From positions 468,730 to 532,729 of the IMG/VR virus record IMGVR_UViG_3300049215_000771: DNA of 64,000 nt. One strand, written 5' to 3'. Shown one piece after another: positions 56,089 through 64,000 of this stretch. Positions within the stretch are counted from its first letter, which is position 1. The number at the start of each line of letters is the position of its first letter. The position numbers were made by a program, and so were the translations under genes. The notes beneath the pieces were generated by a model. The model searched no databases. It was given only the letters and a program-made list of their open reading frames with translations, and was not told where the DNA came from.

Positions 56089-56730
56089 ATGAAGGTCTAC
56101 GAAGAACATCACGTTTTCAACCCCGTTCAAAGGGATCAGTATCAGACCAAGATCACGGTCGAGGATATTGATACGCTGGGTGCCGCCCAGCAATATGCCG
56201 ACCCTTGCTGCCTGAATTTTGCTTCGCACAAGCGTCCTGGCGGCGGGTACAAAAGCGTGCAACATATTCCCATGCCCATCAAAACTCAGGAAGAAGACTT
56301 GTTCCGCAGGTCCAATCTCCCGGAGATGATGGACAACAAGCATGTCCGGCAGCACTACCCGCTGAACACTACGAAAGGGTTGTACTGCAACAACGTGCAG
56401 GTGGATCGGGACCAAATGCTGGTTCAGCACGATCCGTACTTCCTTTCTCTCATCACTGTGGCGGCACTGGTCAATCCTGGCCTGGAGCATCCGATGACGG
56501 AGAGGAAGGTTCGACGCATTCTGGAGATCGCCGCCGACAACAACGAGAAGACTCTCATCTTGGGTGCCTGGGGCTGTGGAGCGTTCCGTAACGACCCTGA
56601 TGAGATTGCCGGGTTGTTCAAGAAATATCTGGAGAATGAGTTCCGTGGTGTGTTCGAGACAGTTGTGTTTGCTATTCCCGGCAAGCAAAGCAGGAACTTC
56701 CAGGTTTTTGAAAGTGTTCTGAAAGGGTGA
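56089..56730 (+). CDS. Microbial-type PARG (TIGR02452/DUF2263)
   Basis: LNFAS..PGGG...QEEDL, ILGAWGCGAFRNDP. Confidence 0.9.
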   Translation: MKVYEEHHVFNPVQRDQYQTKITVEDIDTLGAAQQYADPCCLNFASHKRPGGGYKSVQHIPMPIKTQEEDLFRRSNLPEMMDNKHVRQHYPLNTTKGLYCNNVQVDRDQMLVQHDPYFLSLITVAALVNPGLEHPMTERKVRRILEIAADNNEKTLILGAWGCGAFRNDPDEIAGLFKKYLENEFRGVFETVVFAIPGKQSRNFQVFESVLKG

Positions 56731-56731
56731 A

Positions 56732-57811
56732 ATGATAGAGCCGAAATACGATCTTAGCATCGCCATGCCTATTTGCGATGCTACCAAAGCATTCTACAAG
56801 CGCTACGAAGATCACAAAAAATATGGTCTGTTGAATATCAAGGATCGAAAAATTCAACTCAAGTTGCTTATTGGGCCGGGCGAGGATTTCTACGGCCATG
56901 ACATCAAGGCGGGTTGGCCGAGTGGTATTGATGTCGTGGTTGTTGAAACGCCCTATTGTGACGTAGCCAGGAAGATTGCTTGGTTTTTCGATACAAACCC
57001 TGATGAAGAAATCATGGAGGCTCGGTGGCACGCAAAATGGGATGATGACAGCCTGAACGACATCGACACATTGATTCGGTGGTTGGACGAGGATTACGAT
57101 TGGACTCGTGCAGAATACCTAGCAGGGGATGTTCACTACGATCTTGACGACAATACGATGAAGTCGTTGCGGAAGGTTGGGTATGACCATCTTCGCTATC
57201 ATGAGCGACTTGTCCACGAACTAGAAGTTTCTGTTTGTTCTCAGGCGGCGATGATGACTGTGCGTCGGAATGAGAAAGCCAAGGAATACCTCACGGAGCG
57301 ACTGAAGTATTTCGGAGGGTTTGGCGATCATGCCCTTTGTATCATGATGTATTTCTGCAAAATCCATCCTGTCAGAGCAAGTTTTCTTTCCTTCTGGAAT
57401 GAGTTGCCGAAGTTTAGTTTTTTCGGTGGCAAGTTTGCGCACGTTCACATGCACCAAGAAGATCAAACAGAGCCTCGTACATTCGCTGTCGCCAAAGCGA
57501 TTATCGACGGGGTTAAGAACAAGGGTCTGGCCAGGGCCGCTGACAATAGATTTTTCTTTGCCAGGGGCACTGGTGATTCGAGGGATTACATCGGGGAATT
57601 GTTGTTCAGCGCCGAACACAGGATGATAGATTTCAACCATATGGCTGCCGGGCTGTGGGGACCATCCAGACAAGGTGATGGCATTGTTGTGGTTTTTCAA
57701 TCGAGTCCCTGGCTCGCTTTCGACCTGGAGCCATCAGAAGATGGTGGTTTTCAGGGCATCTGTCCAGATACGAGGCTCCCGTTGAAGATGGATTTTGTTG
57801 GGCCTAAATAA
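56732..57811 (+). CDS. Glycosyltransferase-like protein (paralogue 1)
   Basis: WHAKWDDDS. Confidence 0.6.
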   Translation: MIEPKYDLSIAMPICDATKAFYKRYEDHKKYGLLNIKDRKIQLKLLIGPGEDFYGHDIKAGWPSGIDVVVVETPYCDVARKIAWFFDTNPDEEIMEARWHAKWDDDSLNDIDTLIRWLDEDYDWTRAEYLAGDVHYDLDDNTMKSLRKVGYDHLRYHERLVHELEVSVCSQAAMMTVRRNEKAKEYLTERLKYFGGFGDHALCIMMYFCKIHPVRASFLSFWNELPKFSFFGGKFAHVHMHQEDQTEPRTFAVAKAIIDGVKNKGLARAADNRFFFARGTGDSRDYIGELLFSAEHRMIDFNHMAAGLWGPSRQGDGIVVVFQSSPWLAFDLEPSEDGGFQGICPDTRLPLKMDFVGPK

Positions 57812-57815
57812 TGAC

Positions 57816-58943
57816 ATGAGAGAACCAAAGTATGATATGAGTGTCGCAATGCCGATAACGGATTCGACACAGGCTTTCTTCAGGCGATACGAAGACCAGA
57901 AAAAATATGGGTATCTAAATATCAAGGACAGGAAGTTACAACTTAGGCTTCTTGTCGGACCTCATGAAAAGTTCGAGGGTGAGGATATAACCCAGGGCTG
58001 GCCACAGGGAATGGATGTCGATGTGGTCAGAAGCCCATATATGGATGTTGCCCGCAAGGTTATTCACTTCTACGCCACGCAGACTCAGGAGGATATTGAG
58101 TCTGCTCGCTGGCACGCCAGATTTGACGATGATACCATGAACGATATTGACCAGCTAATCACCTGGCTGGACGAGGATTTTGACTGCCAAAGGCCAGTTT
58201 ATGCCGTCACGGATTTGCGTGACGAGATTGAAGAAAAAGAAAGCATCATTCTCAAGGGTATGGGCTACGGACATTTGTTTGGGCGGTTTTGGCGGCATGG
58301 CAATATCAACTATCAGCATAGAGGGACCGGGGCGAGCTACCACCATAGTCACAGGATTAGGCATGAATGGGAGGGGGCTGTTGTTTCTCGGCAAGCCCTG
58401 ATGGAGATGCAGGACAACCAGAAGTCGAAGACATATTTCGCCGAGCGATTGAAGTTGCCGGGAGGTTTGGGCGATCAGTGTTTGGGTATTGCTTTGTATT
58501 TCTGCAAAATACACCCGTATCAAGCTGGGTATATGTCATACAGGCATGAAGAAGTTCCTGAATTCACTTTGTTCGGCGGCAAGATGGCTCATGTCCATCT
58601 TCAGCTTGATCGGGTTGAAACTCTTTGGATGGACGTGTTAAAGCTCATTCTTGATGTTGGTTCTAACCGCTGTAGTGATATACTGGTCAATAGGCGATGG
58701 GAGTTCACCAAGGACGACGGAGAACACAACAGGTGCGTGTTTTTCAATAACCATCGGTTTGTTTCTGAACATGGCTCTCCGGGTTTGTGGGCACCAGTAG
58801 GTGACGGCATAATGATGGTGTTCAATGACAGGCCGAATTGCGGATATAGGCTGTTTCCAGTAGACGACACGATGCTCGAAGGTGTATGTTCAGAAACAGG
58901 TTTTGCGGTTAGGATCAGCGTTGTCCCAAGCAAGGTGTTTTAG
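57816..58943 (+). CDS. Glycosyltransferase-like protein (paralogue 2)
   Basis: WHARFDDDT; collinear with the previous ORF. Confidence 0.6.
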   Translation: MREPKYDMSVAMPITDSTQAFFRRYEDQKKYGYLNIKDRKLQLRLLVGPHEKFEGEDITQGWPQGMDVDVVRSPYMDVARKVIHFYATQTQEDIESARWHARFDDDTMNDIDQLITWLDEDFDCQRPVYAVTDLRDEIEEKESIILKGMGYGHLFGRFWRHGNINYQHRGTGASYHHSHRIRHEWEGAVVSRQALMEMQDNQKSKTYFAERLKLPGGLGDQCLGIALYFCKIHPYQAGYMSYRHEEVPEFTLFGGKMAHVHLQLDRVETLWMDVLKLILDVGSNRCSDILVNRRWEFTKDDGEHNRCVFFNNHRFVSEHGSPGLWAPVGDGIMMVFNDRPNCGYRLFPVDDTMLEGVCSETGFAVRISVVPSKVF

Positions 58944-58944
58944 A

Positions 58945-59580
58945 ATGAAGCGAAAGTTCATTGGCAAATATATGCGACTCGCCAAGCAAGTTGGCGAAGA
59001 CAAAAACCCCTGTTACAGTCGCAAGATTGGCGTTGTCGTCGTAAGGGCATATGACGATGGTTCTGGTCGTGTGTTGGGGACGGGCTACAACGGCCCGCCT
59101 CGTGGAACTCCTCACTGTGATGAGCGTGGGTATCTTCAGGAAATCTTCTGGCCGCAACTCGATCCCGTCGAGAAGGCCAAAGCCTTCCACGCTGCTGGTG
59201 GGGCCATGTTCGGGGGTACACATTCCGACGACGAGATGTGTCAGTTGGTTTGCGACAAGTACGCCAACAGCAAAACTTGCCCACGCAAGATCATCGGCGC
59301 TCCTTCTGGTAAGCGGTTGGAACTGTGTTCCTGCGCTCATGCGGAAACCAATGCCATCGTGAACTCCACGGATGATCTTCACGGGGCGTATATGTTCTGC
59401 TGGTGTGGGGTGCCATGCGTGGAGTGTACAAAACTCATCATCAACGCCGGTATCAGGAAGGTTTTCACCATTGATTGGGGTGCGGATTACTCTCATGGCT
59501 CCAGATGGTTGTTCGAGCAGGCTGGTATCGAGGTCATCTGTTTGCCGCCCGAATACTACCTGAGCGAAGACGAAACTTGA
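58945..59580 (+). CDS. dCMP deaminase
   Basis: TGYNG, HAETNAI, PCVECTK. Confidence 0.92.
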   Translation: MKRKFIGKYMRLAKQVGEDKNPCYSRKIGVVVVRAYDDGSGRVLGTGYNGPPRGTPHCDERGYLQEIFWPQLDPVEKAKAFHAAGGAMFGGTHSDDEMCQLVCDKYANSKTCPRKIIGAPSGKRLELCSCAHAETNAIVNSTDDLHGAYMFCWCGVPCVECTKLIINAGIRKVFTIDWGADYSHGSRWLFEQAGIEVICLPPEYYLSEDET

Positions 59581-59587
59581 GGTTGAA

Positions 59588-60697
59588 ATGGCGATCTTGG
59601 CATTTGGAGCCAAACTAGGCGATGAGGAGTTTCTTTCGGTAAAAACCAGCATCGACAATGCTTGGATGGGCATGGGTCCAAAATCTGCCGAGTTCGAGGC
59701 GAAGTTTTCTGCCCGACTCGGCAGACCTTTTGTTTTGACCAACAATTGTTCCAACGCCTTGCATTTGGCCGTGCGTTACCTGAATTTGCCGCCTGGCTCG
59801 TGTATAATCGTTCCTTCTTTCACCTGGGCTGCTTGCGCCAATGCCGTAGTCCTGGAAGGGCATGTACCTGTTTTTGCTGACAGCGAACTGAATGGCAATG
59901 TGTCGTTGCGAACCATCAAAAATGTTCTGACGGATAGAACCAAGGCCATCATGGTGGTCCATTATGCCGGCCTCCCCGTGCCAATGAAGGAAATCCTGGC
60001 ACTTGGCCTCCCCGTGATTGAGGATGCTGCCCATGCTGTTGATTCCAAGTTAGACGGCCAGTATTGCGGCACTTTTGGCGATGTGGCAGCCTTCAGTTTT
60101 GATCCCGTCAAGAATCTCGCCACGCCGGACATGGGAGGCATAGCAGTCAACGACCCTTCTCTCGCCAAAACTCTAAGACACTGTGGCATTCCTTCCACTG
60201 GTTTTGATTCCAGTACCAATGACCCAAGGTGGTGGGATCAGGATGTACAATTTGCATTTCCGAAGTACACGCCAAACGACATCGCAGCTTCTATTGGGCT
60301 GGTGCAGCTTGAGAAATTACCAGAACATCAACAGCGCAGAAAGGAGTTGTGGGACATTTACCAGGGTGCCCTTGACCTGGATTGGATAGTGAACCCCGCC
60401 GATCCTCCATATCATGTTCAACACTCCTACTTCACATATCTTGTCCGTGTCGCTTGTGGGCAAAGGGACGGACTGGCCAGATACCTGAAGGAGCAGGGTA
60501 TCTACACGACATTGAGATTCCGCCCCCTGCACACCTGCTCGGCATTCAGACAGTACAATAGGTGTCTCCCTGGATGTGATACACTGGAGAAAGAAGGGTT
60601 GAATTTGCCGCTCCACCCTCGCATGACGGATGATGATGTCTACAAAGTGATCGAGGCAATCAAGGACTATGAAGGTATTTGGACTAGGGCTAAGTAG
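59588..60697 (+). CDS. DegT/DnrJ/EryC1/StrS aminotransferase
   Basis: VHYAG, IEDAAH, FSFDPVKN. Confidence 0.93.
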   Translation: MAILAFGAKLGDEEFLSVKTSIDNAWMGMGPKSAEFEAKFSARLGRPFVLTNNCSNALHLAVRYLNLPPGSCIIVPSFTWAACANAVVLEGHVPVFADSELNGNVSLRTIKNVLTDRTKAIMVVHYAGLPVPMKEILALGLPVIEDAAHAVDSKLDGQYCGTFGDVAAFSFDPVKNLATPDMGGIAVNDPSLAKTLRHCGIPSTGFDSSTNDPRWWDQDVQFAFPKYTPNDIAASIGLVQLEKLPEHQQRRKELWDIYQGALDLDWIVNPADPPYHVQHSYFTYLVRVACGQRDGLARYLKEQGIYTTLRFRPLHTCSAFRQYNRCLPGCDTLEKEGLNLPLHPRMTDDDVYKVIEAIKDYEGIWTRAK

Positions 60698-61295
60698 GAC
60701 CGGGACGGCGACTTTGAATGAGGCGCTGACGATTCTTGGTTTCAAATCTGTTCATTATCCGACTGACGAAAAAACAGTTCAGGAATTGATGGGAGGGAAG
60801 CGAAAGCTGACTCTCCTTGAAAACCATGATGCGATTACCGACATCACTCCTGTTCCATTTTTCAAGGAACTGGATGAGTTGTATGACGCCAAGTTCATTT
60901 TGACTGTGCGAGAAAAACGGGCATGGCTGGCTTCGGTAGGTCCGTTTTGGGACACGGTGTTGATTAACGGCAAGTGGAACGAGTTGGTGGACTTGTATAT
61001 TTCGGGCGATTGGCCGGCACACTTCAATCAGAACATGAAGCGGTATTTGAGGTTTACTTTTTTTCTACATGCCGCCGTGTTTGGACAGTTAAAGTTTACT
61101 GTTGATGGTTTTGGCCGTGCGTGGGATGAACACATCGCCAAAATACAAGAACATTTCAAATACAGGAATAACTTACTTGTGTTGGATGTTACGCAGGGTG
61201 ATGGGTGGGAGAAGTTATGTCCATTTTTAGGCAGACCTATTCCTAAACACCCTTTCCCTCACGAGAACAGAAGACCCCATGTCAAAATCCTATAA
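60669..61295 (+). CDS. Sulfotransferase family
   Basis: GLGLSRTGT, KFILTVR, GWEKLCPFL, FPHEN. Confidence 0.88.
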   Translation: MKVFGLGLSRTGTATLNEALTILGFKSVHYPTDEKTVQELMGGKRKLTLLENHDAITDITPVPFFKELDELYDAKFILTVREKRAWLASVGPFWDTVLINGKWNELVDLYISGDWPAHFNQNMKRYLRFTFFLHAAVFGQLKFTVDGFGRAWDEHIAKIQEHFKYRNNLLVLDVTQGDGWEKLCPFLGRPIPKHPFPHENRRPHVKIL

Positions 61296-61965
61296 GATAA
61301 AAATTGTCCATTTGTTATGTGTTCCAGATGATGTGCGAGAACGCAAATCAGTTCAGCATATTCGTCCCCTGGGCGACATGGGCGTGCAATATGTCGCTCA
61401 TGTCAACCCTCCTTACAAAGACACCCCGCCGAGGGAGTTTTGCCGTCGTCCGAACATGGTGACGGAGAACAACCCAGGGGTGCCAGGCCAGTTGTGGGCA
61501 GGACATTACGGAGCGTTCCTGGCCTGGCGTCGGGCTGTAGAAACGGAGTTTAGCGACGACCTGGATTTTCTGATGGTTTGTGAGTGCGATTGTTTGTTGT
61601 TGGTGCCACCTGATGTGTTTTTGAAGGAAGTGTATGAAGCCTGCGAGTACATGGAGGAGGCAAATGTTGTTTACCTTTCATTTGGCAACAAAGACACCCA
61701 GGACAAAGACAAATCGCCCGGCAAGTACACGGTAGTTTCTGGCATCTTCAAAAGTCACTGCATCTTGTTTTCCAAAAACATCAGGGACTACATGATACGA
61801 TGTTACTCCGAGCGGCCCTGGGACAATGATGATTTCTGGAAGAACTGGATATTCGAGAAATATCGCATCGCTATAACAAATCAAACACTGGCGGTTCAGA
61901 TGGGTTATTCCCTTGTTGAGAATAAGATGGACCGCCCTCCTGACCGCATATTGCCTCTCATTTGA
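61279..61965 (+). CDS. GT25-like glycosyltransferase
   Basis: GHYGAFLA, VCECD. Confidence 0.6.
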   Translation: MSKSYKIKIVHLLCVPDDVRERKSVQHIRPLGDMGVQYVAHVNPPYKDTPPREFCRRPNMVTENNPGVPGQLWAGHYGAFLAWRRAVETEFSDDLDFLMVCECDCLLLVPPDVFLKEVYEACEYMEEANVVYLSFGNKDTQDKDKSPGKYTVVSGIFKSHCILFSKNIRDYMIRCYSERPWDNDDFWKNWIFEKYRIAITNQTLAVQMGYSLVENKMDRPPDRILPLI

Positions 61966-62500
61966 ATAGCTTGTATTTTTTGATTGCCCAACTGCTTAGT
62001 TTTTCTCTCGTGAGAGCGTGCAGTTTGGCGTGGTAGGTTGCGCAGAACTCATCCACGGTCCTTTTGACCTGGATGAACTCGATGTTGATGTAGTCATGTC
62101 CGCAAAGGTAGCCGTTGGTTTTAACTTTGGGCCACCATGCCTTCATATCGGCCCACACCGCCGCTCGACTGTGGTTGGCGTCAATATAGACCCAATCGAA
62201 GTATTCGTCTGGAAAGGTCGAAGCGGCTTGCAGGGAGTACATTTTTCGTATTTCTACGGATGGGACGTTGGCAAAGCGATCCAAAACGCTTTGGTAAATT
62301 GGATTTTGATCTCGAACATCTGCCGGGTCTTCTTCGTAAACTCCGGGCTGAAATTCCCAACAGTCGATTAAATACAATTTAGTGGGACGGCATTGCTCAA
62401 GAATGATGCTTGCGTGTTTTCCCCACTGCACACCGATTTCGGCAACAATGCCAGCAGGCATGTTGGAAGCAAACTCCAGGCGGTCTTGGTAGTACAACAT
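61958..62500 (-). CDS. Class I SAM methyltransferase (Methyltransf_24-like)
   Basis: AEIGV, DWVYIDANH, GHDY. Confidence 0.88.
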   Translation of the reverse strand: MLYYQDRLEFASNMPAGIVAEIGVQWGKHASIILEQCRPTKLYLIDCWEFQPGVYEEDPADVRDQNPIYQSVLDRFANVPSVEIRKMYSLQAASTFPDEYFDWVYIDANHSRAAVWADMKAWWPKVKTNGYLCGHDYINIEFIQVKRTVDEFCATYHAKLHALTREKLSSWAIKKYKLFK

Positions 62501-63323
62501 GATTCCTCACCTATCTATCGTTCTTACCCCCGATCAAAACCAGTTATTTCAGTTGCGCATGTTGTTGGACTCTATCCGCACACTTGGCGGCTGCAAAAAC
62601 TTTCATTGCACGGTTTTTGTTCAGAAAGGGGAGCAGCATCTCATCACGGGGTTCGACGACGTTGAAGTACAAACATATCGAAGGGAAGGTCGTCGTTATG
62701 TTCGCCCGTGGCATTGTTGTCCCAGGTGGGACATCAAGCCTCGTGGCGACCCGTTTTTGGCGCTAGACGTTGATGTATTGGCTCTTAGCGACATCAATGG
62801 GTTGTTGAAGTTTGACAAATTGGCAGGAGTGATCGCACACAAAAGCCCCTTTGTTGGCAACTCATTCCAAACGTGGAAGTCCTTGTACAACATTTGTGGA
62901 ATCCAACACCCGCCCGACTGGTACTTCTATCGAACGTACAAGCAGAATTTTTTCGCTGCCAGGGGTAATTGCTTGTGCCCGTTCTACATTAACCACGGTG
63001 TCATTGTTATGCCATCCGAGTGGCTTACGCCGATGAAGGCGGCGGTTCAGTATGTCATAAAGAAAACTAGCCACGTCATAGGAAAAAACTACTACTTCCC
63101 GCAAATTGTTACAACGCTGGCAGCAGACATGATCGGAGTACCCAGGGAGCCAATAGCCACGAAATACAACAACTTGGTGTTTGAGAACAAAACGAGACTA
63201 CAAGATGTTGTGTTTTTCCATTACAGCGGACTGCGCAACATCGGCAGTTGTCATGCTTTGTTCAAAGCGTGTCCGGCCCTGAAGAAATACCGTGAATCTT
63301 TATTGAATGTGAGTATGGCATGA
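62499..63323 (+). CDS. GT8-like glycosyltransferase
   Basis: LDVD, INHGV, YN, FFHY. Confidence 0.7.
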   Translation: MIPHLSIVLTPDQNQLFQLRMLLDSIRTLGGCKNFHCTVFVQKGEQHLITGFDDVEVQTYRREGRRYVRPWHCCPRWDIKPRGDPFLALDVDVLALSDINGLLKFDKLAGVIAHKSPFVGNSFQTWKSLYNICGIQHPPDWYFYRTYKQNFFAARGNCLCPFYINHGVIVMPSEWLTPMKAAVQYVIKKTSHVIGKNYYFPQIVTTLAADMIGVPREPIATKYNNLVFENKTRLQDVVFFHYSGLRNIGSCHALFKACPALKKYRESLLNVSMA

Positions 63324-64000
63324 ATTTCATTCTCGTTCAGTACAAACATCAGTACAAGCAGGACCATCTCCGGGTGTACTACCAACATTCCGAGTATTAT
63401 CACGATTTGATGATTGAGCAAATCAAAACGATCTACAAAGATCACCGAATTCATGTTTTGACAAATGTGAACATGAAGAAGCAGGGCGTGGTGTACCATT
63501 TCGATCCAGACCTGGAGCCGAACAATTATGCCAAGTTGAAGGTCTTTGGTTTGCTCGACGAGCCGGCCATCTACGTTGACAGCGATGTGATTTTGGTGCG
63601 GCGGTTCCTTCCAGAAGAATTACCAACTGATTCACCATTCAATCTTTACCAAAGCTACACGGATACATCCAAGTTGACCCCTGAGATGCAGACATATCCT
63701 CACTACAATACAGGGGTTATGTGGATTCCAAGACCAGATCAAAAAATCGTGGAAGCTCTATTGAGTGTTAGGAATAAGTTCATGATCCATCCCAATGGCT
63801 GGGTGAATGATGAATATCCGATTAGTTGGTTTGTGAAGGAGAATGGATTGAAAATGGCGACGGGAGGGCTTGTGAATAGGGGAAGGGAACATCTCAAGGC
63901 GAGTGAAGTTGGAAAATACCAAAGTGTTCATTACACGGGACCACAATACAAAAACCTCCTCCCTGAAGAATTGGCTCGACTTCGGTTGAAGATGCTATGA
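63320..64000 (+). CDS. GT-A glycosyltransferase
   Basis: YVDSD, YNTGV, VNDE, VHY. Confidence 0.75.
   Translation: MNFILVQYKHQYKQDHLRVYYQHSEYYHDLMIEQIKTIYKDHRIHVLTNVNMKKQGVVYHFDPDLEPNNYAKLKVFGLLDEPAIYVDSDVILVRRFLPEELPTDSPFNLYQSYTDTSKLTPEMQTYPHYNTGVMWIPRPDQKIVEALLSVRNKFMIHPNGWVNDEYPISWFVKENGLKMATGGLVNRGREHLKASEVGKYQSVHYTGPQYKNLLPEELARLRLKML

Overview
This window looks like part of a very large T4-like-capsid (jumbo) phage genome. It is densely packed with short ORFs and has a DnaB-like helicase, a PolA-family polymerase and fragments of a gp23-like major capsid protein. Host-like genes (AtpZ/AtpI, ClpS, RimI, EF-Tu) suggest a Planctomycetota host (inference). From about 29.6 kb down to 4.1 kb a minus-strand block carries 16 recognisable tRNAs, all Ser, Leu, Phe or Tyr, plus several aberrant tRNA-like RNAs, EF-Tu, PheRS, CysRS and tRNA-adjacent endonucleases. 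The main finding is at the head of this block: a sigma70-type promoter, an unannotated 27-codon leader ORF whose codons 3-20 are all Phe/Ser/Leu/Tyr, and alternative 1:2, 2:3 and 3:4 hairpins ending in a strong terminator. This appears to be a ribosome-mediated attenuator sensing exactly the tRNA families the block supplies. Other highlights are a ~580-nt non-coding region containing a near-copy of the 23S rRNA GTPase-associated centre, 11 small proteins sharing a [YHW]R[ST]IDD motif, three capsid-protein fragments and a stand-alone EF-Tu domain II. The rest holds RNA repair, replication, ADP-ribose removal and glycosylation genes. All calls are by-eye motif recognition; no searches were run.
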